DNA from: a virus
Length of the DNA stretch: 64,000 nt
Virus record (IMG/VR): IMGVR_UViG_3300028840_003271
Coordinates: 96,001 to 160,000 of that record
Direction: 5' to 3' (one strand)
Part shown: one piece after another, positions 9,674 to 19,324 of the stretch
Layout of the letters: every line of letters begins with the position of its first letter
Numbering within the stretch: position 1 is the first letter of the stretch
The notes under the pieces: generated by a model
Seen by the model: only the letters and a program-made list of their open reading frames with translations
Told to the model about the DNA's origin: nothing
Databases searched by the model: none
Position numbers and translations under genes: made by a program

Positions 9674-10878
9674 TATGTTGATATACTCCAATGACCTAAT
9701 GATTTTCTTACTATCCAAGTGGTGGTATCTATAGCAACCAATCTAATAACAGACCCTTTATTAGATGATTCTATATATCCATTACTATTACTTACTATTG
9801 TACCACTTCTAATTATGCTATTATTAGTAGCTGTTGCTCGTAATGTTTGACTATTTTTTTCAACTAAAAAAATAAATTCGTCTCCTATTACGGGTGTTGG
9901 TAAATTTAAATTAATAGATGTTGTAGCATTTCGATTGGAAAATATTTGTTGGCGTTGATTACTAACTAAATTAGTATTGTTTGCTAATACATGCGTTTTT
10001 CTATAATGTGGATTATTAGTTGTAACCATATGATCGGCTATTAAAATAAAATTATCATTTAATGCCATGCCAACATCGGTAGTTGTTCTACCACGAACAT
10101 ATTTAATACCACTATTATTATATCTATCCAAAGTCGGTTCATCGATAGATCTAAAACTTTGTAGAGGATAAAAAAGTATGTGTGGATTTGTGGAGTGTTG
10201 AATTATTTCAGATTGTGATAATGTACGATTATATATAGCTAAAAACAATAAACCACCATTTAAACAATAAGAAGCATTATTACCATGTTTACCTATTTTC
10301 CAACTTTCAGTAGAAGTGGCCACGCTTTTTGTTTTGGTTTTTATACCATATTGTTTTCCATCTCGATAAAAAACTACACGATTATTAGAATTAATTGTTA
10401 CACCAATACATATCCATTTATTAGTTGTATAATTTAAACATACATTTGAAGATCTTAAATCGTCAGCCGCACTACCATCACCTAAGATTAATTTTAAATT
10501 GGCTGGGGTGGCTGTTGATAAATTTAATCTATGTGTAGCGGCTGTAGCACCCTGGCTATTACTTATAATGCCATAATTACTGGCAAATGTATTCCATTTT
10601 ATCCAAGCAACAATACTAAGATTAAAATTACCTACAGCTAAAGTGTCTAAAATAGGAAATTGGTCTAAATCAATCCAACCATTAGAATTTGGTATATTAA
10701 TAAAAGGACCATATTGATGAGTATTCCAATTAATTCCAGTAGAACCTTTTTCTATGCCGTGGTTATCATATCCAGAATAGTCTCGAATGAATTTATGAGT
10801 ATTGCATAAAAACGGAGCATAACATGCTACTAAACCTTTCCATAAATTAGATTTTGGATAATGATAGGTTGTTAACAT
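9673..10878 (-). CDS. LamG/concanavalin-like domain virion protein
   Basis: 'GLVACY..', 'RDYSGYDNHG', 'SIVAWIK', 'KWICIGVT...VVFYRDGK', 'IYNRTLSQSEI'. Confidence 0.75.
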   Translation of the reverse strand: MLTTYHYPKSNLWKGLVACYAPFLCNTHKFIRDYSGYDNHGIEKGSTGINWNTHQYGPFINIPNSNGWIDLDQFPILDTLAVGNFNLSIVAWIKWNTFASNYGIISNSQGATAATHRLNLSTATPANLKLILGDGSAADDLRSSNVCLNYTTNKWICIGVTINSNNRVVFYRDGKQYGIKTKTKSVATSTESWKIGKHGNNASYCLNGGLLFLAIYNRTLSQSEIIQHSTNPHILFYPLQSFRSIDEPTLDRYNNSGIKYVRGRTTTDVGMALNDNFILIADHMVTTNNPHYRKTHVLANNTNLVSNQRQQIFSNRNATTSINLNLPTPVIGDEFIFLVEKNSQTLRATATNNSIIRSGTIVSNSNGYIESSNKGSVIRLVAIDTTTWIVRKSLGHWSIST

Positions 10879-10884
10879 TATACA

Positions 10885-11325
10885 TTATATGCTAAATGGT
10901 GTAGATTTTTGGCCAGAAGCACTATTAAATACTATTGCTGTTACGAAATCGGCGTCTTTTTGTATGTCAGATTCAGCTTTGTCGTTTGGCCATGTTGTTC
11001 CAGCATCGATTGAGTGTTCTATATATAATTCTACGGTTCCGTTAGCAGTACCACTAGTATGTGTTACATCAAAAATTCCGTGTAGACCTAAATCTACTTC
11101 AGATGAATTATCTTGAGACGATCCTTTTTCAGATCCACTAATTGCTAAAATGTCACCACCACCAAACGTATTTAATGCTCCAGTTATAGCGGTTCCATAA
11201 ACTAGTTGACCATTACTATTAAATCTCCAAGGCATGTAGCTTACACCTATAGAACATCCTGTATTACGATGCATATCTACGCCACTATTATTAAAAGCTA
11301 TAAAACGAAAAGTTTGTGGTAACAT
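10885..11325 (-). CDS. Hypothetical virion structural protein
   Basis: 146 aa, G/S/T-rich beta protein within the structural block. Confidence 0.45.
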   Translation of the reverse strand: MLPQTFRFIAFNNSGVDMHRNTGCSIGVSYMPWRFNSNGQLVYGTAITGALNTFGGGDILAISGSEKGSSQDNSSEVDLGLHGIFDVTHTSGTANGTVELYIEHSIDAGTTWPNDKAESDIQKDADFVTAIVFNSASGQKSTPFSI

Positions 11326-11334
11326 TTTAATTTC

Positions 11335-11871
11335 CTATAATCGAGTAGTAGAACCATAATTTGTTCGACTTCTATTATTTTCTGTAATTCCAGACAAATT
11401 AGTTGGATCAAAGTCGTTAGAAACAAACGGTGACATAACGGCTTTAACAATTTCAGCATTACCAAATATCCACGATTGTTTTAATTGTTCATAAGCAGCA
11501 CACGGACCTCTTTCTAATAAAGTATTAAATCCATCTAAATGTTTCAAAGTGTCAAGCTGTGTTGGTCCACATTTTGCTTTAATTCCAGCTAAAAGTGCTT
11601 TTGAACGATACGTACTCCAGTCCGTAAGACATGCGGCTTTTAAACAAGTAAAATTAACAAATGCATCGTCATCAAGTGATACTGGATCTGGAGAAATTGT
11701 AGGAGGAGCAAAAGTAATAGTATATGTATTAGCAAAATCCATTTCAAGGTCAACATATTGTGCAGCAACTACAAGAATTTGTTCTAAGCGTCGATCAGAA
11801 TATGTAGGAGTAGTTCCTAAATCACTAATTAAAACTCGTAAAATTTCAATCATAGAGTCTTTCCAAGCCAT
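11335..11871 (-). CDS. Head-tail adaptor/connector protein
   Basis: 'ILRVLISDLG..PTYSDRRLEQIL' N-terminal helical motif typical of gp6/gp15-type adaptors. Confidence 0.6.
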   Translation of the reverse strand: MAWKDSMIEILRVLISDLGTTPTYSDRRLEQILVVAAQYVDLEMDFANTYTITFAPPTISPDPVSLDDDAFVNFTCLKAACLTDWSTYRSKALLAGIKAKCGPTQLDTLKHLDGFNTLLERGPCAAYEQLKQSWIFGNAEIVKAVMSPFVSNDFDPTNLSGITENNRSRTNYGSTTRL

Positions 11872-11880
11872 TGTTTTCTC

Positions 11881-12186
11881 CTAAGTGTCGCTTACTTGTA
11901 ATAAACCGTCGCCTTCTAATATTTGACTATTACTTGTAACTATTAAAATCTCAATTCTATAAACTCGTCCGTGTGTACCACCAGCGATATTAAAAGTAAC
12001 GGTTTGTGATGATATTGATTCTCCACTAATAGTTAGATTTCCTGTGCCACCACCGCGATATTCGTTTGTAATACTAGTAATACTTGAAATTGTTTCTCCG
12101 GTAGACATTTTTCCACCAAAATTCATGGAAAAAGATTTGGTTTCACTAGGTTGTTTTTCTAAAATTCTTGGAGCGGTTTCAGACAT
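11881..12186 (-). CDS. Small virion protein (fibre-tail adaptor-like)
   Basis: 'KQPSE.KSFSMNF...GETI...IAGGT.G..Y.I...VTS'. Confidence 0.55.
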   Translation of the reverse strand: MSETAPRILEKQPSETKSFSMNFGGKMSTGETISSITSITNEYRGGGTGNLTISGESISSQTVTFNIAGGTHGRVYRIEILIVTSNSQILEGDGLLQVSDT

Positions 12187-12968
12187 TATATTGTTGATCC
12201 ACTAACTGTTAATGTATATGTTGATTTTGTAGCAGCCGTTCCAGCAGCTAATGTTAGTTTAAGCCATACACCAATAGCTTCTTCAGTATCTAAATCAGTA
12301 TCATTATTTAAGCTTTTAGTATTACTATCAAATGTTGGACTTCCTTGCATGCCGCTTGCTGCCGGAGCTGTTCGACGATTTGTACTTGTAGTACTTCCGT
12401 CTACATTAGCATCTAAATCAAAAGTAATATATCCAGTTGGATCTGCATTTTCACTAATTTGTGCTGATAATAGAGCATTAGTAGCATTATTATTTTTAAT
12501 AAACACTTTTTCATAATAATCGCGGCTACTACCACCAGATGCTTCTGCTGACACATTATAAAATGGACGACGTACTGTTGTTACACCTGTTTCAATATCA
12601 ACTAAAGTTGTATTTGTATCAGTATCTAAAACACGAACTGTTCCTGTAGGTGATCCGCTTGTAACTACACATTTTAATATTCTTTCAAAAGTAGAATTGC
12701 CATTTTTTTGTACTTTATTTGCTAAAAGTTCAATATCTTCACTGATAATTGAACCAGCAGAATTTCTTCCCGTCACTCTTATATTTCCAGTGTCAGCAGT
12801 ACCAAATCCGCTTACAGAAATTGCACCTGGACCAGGATCGTTTGCGATTGTTGAACTATCAAATATTACCCGAGTAGTTGTATCAATAGTTCCACCTTGA
12901 GTACCACTATCGGATTCTTGCATATTAGCACTGCCATATACTACAATATCGCTTGATGTAACTGACAT
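12186..12968 (-). CDS. Hypothetical virion structural protein
   Basis: 260 aa, S/T/G-rich; 'YEKVFIKNNN', 'IGVWLKLT'. Confidence 0.5.
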   Translation of the reverse strand: MSVTSSDIVVYGSANMQESDSGTQGGTIDTTTRVIFDSSTIANDPGPGAISVSGFGTADTGNIRVTGRNSAGSIISEDIELLANKVQKNGNSTFERILKCVVTSGSPTGTVRVLDTDTNTTLVDIETGVTTVRRPFYNVSAEASGGSSRDYYEKVFIKNNNATNALLSAQISENADPTGYITFDLDANVDGSTTSTNRRTAPAASGMQGSPTFDSNTKSLNNDTDLDTEEAIGVWLKLTLAAGTAATKSTYTLTVSGSTI

Positions 12969-12993
12969 TTATTTTTTTCCTCTATAATTAATT

Positions 12994-13542
12994 TTATGGA
13001 TCATATGATATATTAGTACGATTTCCATCATTATCTACTGTAATAGTGATTCGATCTGTACTTCCATCTAAACCTTTAAATGTTTCTGTACTTGTACCAG
13101 CTCCAGATGGAATTTTTCCAGCAATTACAGCACCCAAATATCTTAAAGTTTGTCTAACTGTTTTTGTATCAATAGTTCCTGCTAAATCTAATAATGCCGT
13201 TCCAACATCGTTTTTTTCTTCTGGAGTTAAATTTACAATTCCAGTACCGTCCCAATTTATATTAGATTGACCAATTGGAGGAAAATCTCCTTCTCCCAAA
13301 TTTGTTCCAGTTTGATTAAGCATATATGCTTGATATTTACCAGCTTTAACTGTAGGTACTGTAAAACTGTATATTGCTGTATTACCAATTTCTGAACCAG
13401 TAATAGCATATTTTGACACATTTCCTACTGAATAACTTTCAAAACTTGTACTATCTGTATTATACCAATTTGTATTTTCATCTAAAACAACTATTACTAA
13501 ATTTAGTCCAGTTGTTAATACTCCTGTTAATTTATTTCCCAT
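12994..13542 (-). CDS. Hypothetical virion structural protein
   Basis: C-terminal 'TVRQTLRYL.AV.AGK...TETFKGLDGSTDRITITVDNDGNRT'; preceded by the late motif. Confidence 0.5.
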   Translation of the reverse strand: MGNKLTGVLTTGLNLVIVVLDENTNWYNTDSTSFESYSVGNVSKYAITGSEIGNTAIYSFTVPTVKAGKYQAYMLNQTGTNLGEGDFPPIGQSNINWDGTGIVNLTPEEKNDVGTALLDLAGTIDTKTVRQTLRYLGAVIAGKIPSGAGTSTETFKGLDGSTDRITITVDNDGNRTNISYDP

Positions 13543-13574
13543 TTTTTCTGCTTATTTGTATTGTAAGTTGTAAT

Positions 13575-13584
13575 ATTATACACC
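13575..13584 (-). promoter_or_regulatory. Putative late promoter motif GGTGTATAAT
   Basis: ATTATACACC on +, about 33 nt upstream of the ATG at 13542. Confidence 0.6.
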
Positions 13585-13592
13585 GAAATTGT

Positions 13593-15092
13593 TTATTCAA
13601 GTATCCAAGTTGTAGGATGGTTTGACAATGTCCATTGTGTTGGTTGAGTGTTTAAAGTCCATTTACTTGAATTAGGTAATTTTGGTACGACATTAATTTC
13701 ATAAACTAAGATTTCATTAAAAGTGGTTGGTGGTATAGTGACTGATTTTAGTTCTATATTTAATTGTTTATTTTCTTTAATAATATTTTTAAAACTAGTT
13801 GGTAAAACTTTATTTTGTTCGATTATTTGTGGAAAAGAAAATGTAAAATTGTGTGTAGATAATGATGCTAGTTCTTGTATAAAAGAAAGATTATGTATTT
13901 TTGATGTAGATAATATTTCTATCCAAGAATAATTTAAAATTGTTGTTTTGAGCAAGGTACATAACCAAGATAAATTATAAATTTTTGATGTTGATAGGGT
14001 TTTAGTAAATGATATTGGTAATATATTTAAAGATGATAAAGTTTGTGTCCAAGAAAAATTTTTAATTTTATTAATCGATATAGTATTAATAAGATCCAAA
14101 TTAAGTTGTTTGTTTAATGTTGGTAATGGTGTAGATATTCCACGAAGAGTTTTTGTTCTAAAAGTTAGTGGTTTGAATGTTGTTGGAGCAAAAGTAAGTT
14201 TGTTTTGTCCTATACCATATATTATATTTTGTAGATTTTCAATATTAGATGTTTTGTTTGATATTAAGTTAGAATACCAACTTACATTAGGAACTTTATT
14301 TTCTGATAATGTAGATGACCAACAAACATTATAAATATGTGATTTTGAAACCGGAGTTGATGAAGTACCACCACACAAATTAATTGGTCGAGAAGGATAA
14401 ATTATAGGTGGATGATCGGCTGTTGATGGAGTGTTATAGGGAGTCATATTATAACCACCTATTATATCATGGTCTCCATCATTTTTATCATAAATTCCAC
14501 CTAATGGCCAATATCCAACTAGACCTTGTCGAAAAAATAATGGTGAATAACCAGCAGCTAATGCTGGAACGGCTAATCTTTCAAATTCATCTGCTTTATC
14601 TGATGCTGTATTACCTGGCCAATTACTTAAGTTCCAAATTGCTGTTTCTGCAACACGACCAGAAAAATAATATGATACACCTCCATTCCAACGAGAAGCT
14701 CCTATTGTTGTATTATCTAAACCACCTGGTGTTTTATCTGTATTGTTTGTTCCTTTTGATCCACCATTTAATAAAACGCGACGATCAGTACCAGAAACAA
14801 ATAATCCAATAGCATGGTGCCACTTGTTTGTTGTATATGCAATACTAGAATCTGCTGCTCCTGCTCCTGCTGCTTCCCATGTCCAAGCTCGAACGGGATC
14901 GTTTGTTACACCGCCCATTATAGAAAGAGAGTGAACATTAGTCCATGAAGCATCTCCAATACTAAGAATTGTTTGACTAACTATTAAAGTATCAGTATAA
15001 AACCAGCCACATAATACAAACGGTGGTGATGATATTACAGCAGCATTATGATGTAAATATTCGTTACTACTATCATTAAATAGTCGTGCCAT
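13593..15092 (-). CDS. LamG-domain virion protein with a repetitive C-terminal stalk
   Basis: 'LCGWF', 'NKWHHAIG', 'TIGA...YFSGRVAETAIWN', 'GLVGYWPL'; C-terminal N-x-S-(W/F) repeats. Confidence 0.65.
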   Translation of the reverse strand: MARLFNDSSNEYLHHNAAVISSPPFVLCGWFYTDTLIVSQTILSIGDASWTNVHSLSIMGGVTNDPVRAWTWEAAGAGAADSSIAYTTNKWHHAIGLFVSGTDRRVLLNGGSKGTNNTDKTPGGLDNTTIGASRWNGGVSYYFSGRVAETAIWNLSNWPGNTASDKADEFERLAVPALAAGYSPLFFRQGLVGYWPLGGIYDKNDGDHDIIGGYNMTPYNTPSTADHPPIIYPSRPINLCGGTSSTPVSKSHIYNVCWSSTLSENKVPNVSWYSNLISNKTSNIENLQNIIYGIGQNKLTFAPTTFKPLTFRTKTLRGISTPLPTLNKQLNLDLINTISINKIKNFSWTQTLSSLNILPISFTKTLSTSKIYNLSWLCTLLKTTILNYSWIEILSTSKIHNLSFIQELASLSTHNFTFSFPQIIEQNKVLPTSFKNIIKENKQLNIELKSVTIPPTTFNEILVYEINVVPKLPNSSKWTLNTQPTQWTLSNHPTTWILE

Positions 15093-15101
15093 ATTTAAGT
15101 T

Positions 15102-15617
15102 TTATCCATCGTCTTGAATTTCTAAACAACTAATAAAAAGGTCGCCAGACGCAGTATCTCCTGGAGAATCGGTATCTCGTCGAAGACCAAATCTTACCAA
15201 ATCTCCAACAGCCATACTATCGTTGTTATTTAAATCAATTTCTAAAGTTAAAGGATTAGTACCATCACTACTTAAATCTTTAATTCCACTATTAACAGAA
15301 TCCCAAGAAGTAGCAATATTCATATTTAAAGTATCAGAATTGGGAGTTTTGGATTCTACAAACACATCTAAAACAACTCCATTACCATCGTTTTTATATT
15401 CACTGTATAGATATATTACAGCCTTTGGTCCGCTTCCAGTATATTGAGTGGGTACAGCTACCTCTGGAGTAAGAGCTGCTTCTTCATTTGTAGCATCAAA
15501 TGCTAATGCTGGTCGTCCACTATGAGATACGAAATTTGCTCCAGCGTCTTCATTTACTAATTGTTCATTTATATCTGGAATAAAACTTGAGGCTGGAAAT
15601 TCTAATATTGTAGCCAT
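15102..15617 (-). CDS. Hypothetical virion structural protein
   Basis: Acidic 171 aa; first gene of the leftward block. Confidence 0.45.
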   Translation of the reverse strand: MATILEFPASSFIPDINEQLVNEDAGANFVSHSGRPALAFDATNEEAALTPEVAVPTQYTGSGPKAVIYLYSEYKNDGNGVVLDVFVESKTPNSDTLNMNIATSWDSVNSGIKDLSSDGTNPLTLEIDLNNNDSMAVGDLVRFGLRRDTDSPGDTASGDLFISCLEIQDDG

Positions 15618-15645
15618 TTAAAGTTCATTTTCCTTATTTTATTGT

Positions 15646-15673
15646 GGTGTATAATCTATATATATTATACACT
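15646..15673. promoter_or_regulatory. Palindromic bidirectional late promoter (GTGTATAAT-N8-ATTATACAC)
   Basis: Perfect 9-bp inverted repeat between divergent structural operons. Confidence 0.65.
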
Positions 15674-15683
15674 ATGGAGATGT

Positions 15684-16220
15684 ATGGTGACTAATCCTTT
15701 TTCTGGAATAATTACGTCGGACTTAAAAGCTTTATTTACTAATGCTATTGATGCTTTATTGGAAGACGATGCCTGCATGATAAAATGTAAATTAATTTAC
15801 GGAGATACAAAATGGTCTAATTGTTGTAATTGTATTTTTGACGCTACTAAAAATCGTTCATCAAATAAATATAAATCCGGTGGGCCGACTCCTTTTTATC
15901 ATGGTGTGTGTCCACATTGTAAGGGAGTTGGTAGAGTGGCTACAGAATCTACAGAAGATATTTATTTATTACCTTTATGGAATTATCGAGATTGGATTAC
16001 GTGGGCTGGGTCGGCGGAAAAAAGTCGTTATCCAGAAGGTTCTGTACAAACAATGAGTAAAATGAATACTTTAGCACAATTATCGAGAGCAAAAGAAGTA
16101 ATAATTAACACGGATATTACACATTATGAGCACCACAAATTTACACGAGCAGGAAAACCAACACCAATTGGATTTGGAAATGATGCTTATATTTTTACTA
16201 TGTGGGAACATTTAAAATAA
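15684..16220 (+). CDS. Probable head-closure/neck protein with Zn-ribbon motifs
   Basis: Start moved to ATG 15684 (SD GGAG); C(C)NC...CPHC; precedes neck and terminator genes. Confidence 0.5.
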   Translation: MVTNPFSGIITSDLKALFTNAIDALLEDDACMIKCKLIYGDTKWSNCCNCIFDATKNRSSNKYKSGGPTPFYHGVCPHCKGVGRVATESTEDIYLLPLWNYRDWITWAGSAEKSRYPEGSVQTMSKMNTLAQLSRAKEVIINTDITHYEHHKFTRAGKPTPIGFGNDAYIFTMWEHLK

Positions 16221-16879
16221 TGTCAGAAGTTACAGCAGCACAATTAGAAATTAAATTTAATGTAAAGTCGATGAAAAATTCGGTTATTTTGAAGATGTTG
16301 GCTCAAAAAATTAAACCAAAATTAGATACAATTGCTTATAAATTGTCTGAAGAAATTAAAACTCAATTTAAACATTTAATTTTTACTCATCCAGTAATTA
16401 CAGCAATAATGAATGATAGATTGGGTGGTGAAGTGGGCGTGGATTATGCTGAAAGTAGAATGGATTATATTATTCACGTTTGGACTAATGGTTTAAAATT
16501 AACTACAAAATCCGTAACGACCGGACATAATGAATTAAGAGGTGGTTTTACACTTCAAATGGTTCGTTCAAATTATGATGAAGTTTTAACTATTCGAGAT
16601 GCTATAATTAAAGAAAGAACGGTGAGACCTTTACCATGGTTACAATGGTTATTGACTGAAGGAGATAGGGCTGTTGTTCAAAATTATGATTTTGTTTTAC
16701 AACATGGAACCGGTCGAACTGGATGGGGGCATATGAGAAAAAATTGGAATCGTAAACAGTGGAGCGTTCCTACAAACGCGGCTGGTACGTCTGACAATAA
16801 TTTTGTGACTGATGTTATTTCTGTTCTCCATAAAGATTTATATAAAATGATAAAACAGGAATTCAAACGAGTGTTTTAA
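16220..16879 (+). CDS. Neck/tail completion protein
   Basis: ATG overlaps the upstream TAA; basic 219 aa between head closure and terminator genes. Positional inference. Confidence 0.45.
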   Translation: MSEVTAAQLEIKFNVKSMKNSVILKMLAQKIKPKLDTIAYKLSEEIKTQFKHLIFTHPVITAIMNDRLGGEVGVDYAESRMDYIIHVWTNGLKLTTKSVTTGHNELRGGFTLQMVRSNYDEVLTIRDAIIKERTVRPLPWLQWLLTEGDRAVVQNYDFVLQHGTGRTGWGHMRKNWNRKQWSVPTNAAGTSDNNFVTDVISVLHKDLYKMIKQEFKRVF

Positions 16880-17862
16880 TGGCTACGAGCTACGATTATA
16901 CTGAATTTCAAGGAGTTACGAATTTTGGTGAGACCCAACTTTTAACAGAATTGGAAAATAATTTAAAAGCATATTTAGATTGGTCTTTTTTGAGAATTGG
17001 TGCTTGGACTAATGTAAATATTTCTTCGACTGGTGGATTGGATTTATATGGTGGTTCGCCAGAGACTCTAAGGTGGGTTGATAATCCAGCTTATGCTGAT
17101 GGACAGGTTTGGCAAGGATTTCGTAAAGACTGGATTTATGAAACTGGAGTTAATTTTTCTTATAGTGGGCAAGATTATGACCCAATTAATGTGATGACTT
17201 CTGGTGTGGAAATTAATGGTACTTTTCAAACAACTGGTTTTTTTGTAAATTATCCACAAGGTCAAATAGTTTTTAATGATAGAATTCCTACTGGAAGTAC
17301 TGTAAAAGCACAATTTAGTTATCGAAATGTACAAGTAAATATTGCTGATGATGTGCCGTGGTGGAAAGAAATTCAATTACAATCATGGAGATCTGATGAT
17401 ATTCATTTTACTCAAGACCATCGTACTGGAGATTGGTCTTTAGGAGGACATCATAGAATTCAATTGCCGACTATTGTGATTGAAGCTGTTCCACGAGGTA
17501 GGTCGTTGGGTTATGAATTAGGAAATTCGGCTTTAACTGTTGAACAAGATGTTTTATGTCATATTTTGGCTGATAGTCGTGAAATGAGAAATAAATTAGT
17601 AAGTATTTTAGAAACTCAAAACGAACATACAATTTGGCTTTGGGATAGTGATGCCGTAGCTGCTGCTGAAATTACACCATTGGATTATCGTGGTGAAAGA
17701 GTACATACAAATGTTTATCCAGATATTGTTGCAGATTCCACTTATCGGTGGAAAAAATGTAGATTAAAAAATATTATGGTATCAGAAGTTGGAGTAATTA
17801 ATCCACTTTTATATGAAGGAACTGTAAGAATCACTTGTGAAGTGGTTTTTGGAACAATTTAG
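16879..17862 (+). CDS. Tail terminator/completion protein
   Basis: 'QLPTIVIE...GYELG...QDVLCHILADS...RNKLVSIL'; directly precedes the tail tube gene. Confidence 0.55.
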   Translation: MATSYDYTEFQGVTNFGETQLLTELENNLKAYLDWSFLRIGAWTNVNISSTGGLDLYGGSPETLRWVDNPAYADGQVWQGFRKDWIYETGVNFSYSGQDYDPINVMTSGVEINGTFQTTGFFVNYPQGQIVFNDRIPTGSTVKAQFSYRNVQVNIADDVPWWKEIQLQSWRSDDIHFTQDHRTGDWSLGGHHRIQLPTIVIEAVPRGRSLGYELGNSALTVEQDVLCHILADSREMRNKLVSILETQNEHTIWLWDSDAVAAAEITPLDYRGERVHTNVYPDIVADSTYRWKKCRLKNIMVSEVGVINPLLYEGTVRITCEVVFGTI

Positions 17863-17868
17863 CAAAAT

Positions 17869-17878
17869 GGTGTATAAA
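17869..17878 (+). promoter_or_regulatory. Putative late promoter motif variant GGTGTATAAA
   Basis: Intergenic, upstream of the tail tube gene. Confidence 0.55.
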
Positions 17879-17906
17879 TTAATGGTGAATTTAGGAGAAT
17901 ATCTAA

Positions 17907-19076
17907 ATGGCTAATGATAGAATATGGTACGCCGTTCAACAAGTTGGAATGAAGGCTTTGAACGGCGATAGTTATACTGCTGCTCACGGTGTCCAAAGTT
18001 TTGGAATGACTACAAATTTTAATTTAGATCAAGTATTCGAATTAGGACAACAGGAAATTTATGAAAATATTGAAGAAATTCCAGATGTTGAAATTACAAT
18101 GAGTAAAGTTTTGGATGGTTATCCGTTACTTTACCATTTAGCAACTAAAGGTGCTGCTACTACCGCTCCTACTTTAGCGGGTCGTCAAAATACAAAAACT
18201 TTTGTTGCTGCTGCAATTTTTCCTGACACAAATACATCGTGCGACGGTGTTGCAGATTCAATCGTAGAATGTTCTGGAATGCGAATTGGTAGTGTGGGAT
18301 ATAATTTTCCAGTTGATGGCAATTTTTCTGAAGACGTAACTCTTGTTGGAAATGATAAAATTTGGAAGGGTGATTCGAACATTTTACATACCGCTACACA
18401 AACTCGTCGAAATGCTATTAGTTTTGATGGTGCTTTTGGTAGTGAAGATTCACCTCTTGCACCTAATGTTGGAGTTAATCGTAGGCAAGATTTAATTTTT
18501 GGTGCTGGTAATGGTGAAGCAGATACAAACGGTTCATTAGATGATCCAGATGTAACGGTTTTACCACAAGAGGTTTATGGTATCACAAGTAGTGGTACTA
18601 ATGAAAAAACTAATGATGTTTATGGTGCTCACGTTTCTAACATTTCTGTTTCAGTGGATTTTGGTCGTGAACAAATTAATGAATTGGGTCGTCGTGCTCC
18701 TTATCACCGATTCGTAAACTTTCCTGTAGAAGTAACAACTGAAATTGAAGTAGTTTCAAGTAGTGGTGATATGGTATCAGCAACAGAAGATGGTATTTTG
18801 ACTGTTGGTGCTGGTGGATGTTTAGATGCTGGTAATTTGAGCCACAGAACAATTCGTATTGCTGTTTGTGAAGGAACTCGAATTTATCTTGGACGAAAAA
18901 ATAAATTGTCTTCAGTGAATTATGGTGGTGGTGATGCTGGAGGAGGAAGTGTTTCTGTATCTTATACCTATACAACTTATAGTGATTTTACAGTGATGCA
19001 TTCTGGTGATCCACATGCTAATGGTTCAACGTGGTGGGCAAATCGTGAAACTAATACTTACTTAGTTGAAGATTAG
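17907..19076 (+). CDS. Major tail tube protein
   Basis: 389 aa, acidic; 'GVQSFGMTTNFNLDQVFELGQ..IYE', second repeat 'SVDFGREQINELGRRAPY.RFV.FPVEVT'; SD AGGAG. Confidence 0.65.
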   Translation: MANDRIWYAVQQVGMKALNGDSYTAAHGVQSFGMTTNFNLDQVFELGQQEIYENIEEIPDVEITMSKVLDGYPLLYHLATKGAATTAPTLAGRQNTKTFVAAAIFPDTNTSCDGVADSIVECSGMRIGSVGYNFPVDGNFSEDVTLVGNDKIWKGDSNILHTATQTRRNAISFDGAFGSEDSPLAPNVGVNRRQDLIFGAGNGEADTNGSLDDPDVTVLPQEVYGITSSGTNEKTNDVYGAHVSNISVSVDFGREQINELGRRAPYHRFVNFPVEVTTEIEVVSSSGDMVSATEDGILTVGAGGCLDAGNLSHRTIRIAVCEGTRIYLGRKNKLSSVNYGGGDAGGGSVSVSYTYTTYSDFTVMHSGDPHANGSTWWANRETNTYLVED

Positions 19077-19111
19077 TTTATATATAAATTAGGATTTTTT
19101 AGGAGAAAAAA

Positions 19112-19324
19112 ATGGACGAAACACAGGAACTTTATGCTCTAATTGGACGATTATATACCGAAAATTATCGTTTAAGAATGGTTTTGAAACAGTCTCAGGA
19201 CCATATTAACAAACAAAACGAAGAATTGGAAAAGTCGAGAAGTACGATTAAGGATTTTCATCAAAGGGTTGTGGTAGAGGATCATGCAGGACCAACAAAC
19301 CTTAATTCCAAGTCTAATAAATAG
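19112..19324 (+). CDS. Small coiled-coil hypothetical protein
   Basis: SD AGGAG; helical 70 aa. Confidence 0.5.
   Translation: MDETQELYALIGRLYTENYRLRMVLKQSQDHINKQNEELEKSRSTIKDFHQRVVVEDHAGPTNLNSKSNK

Noticed and set aside
7213-15092. Diversity-generating retroelement targeting the fibre genes
   Set aside because: No reverse transcriptase, and no TR/VR pair differing at adenines was seen.
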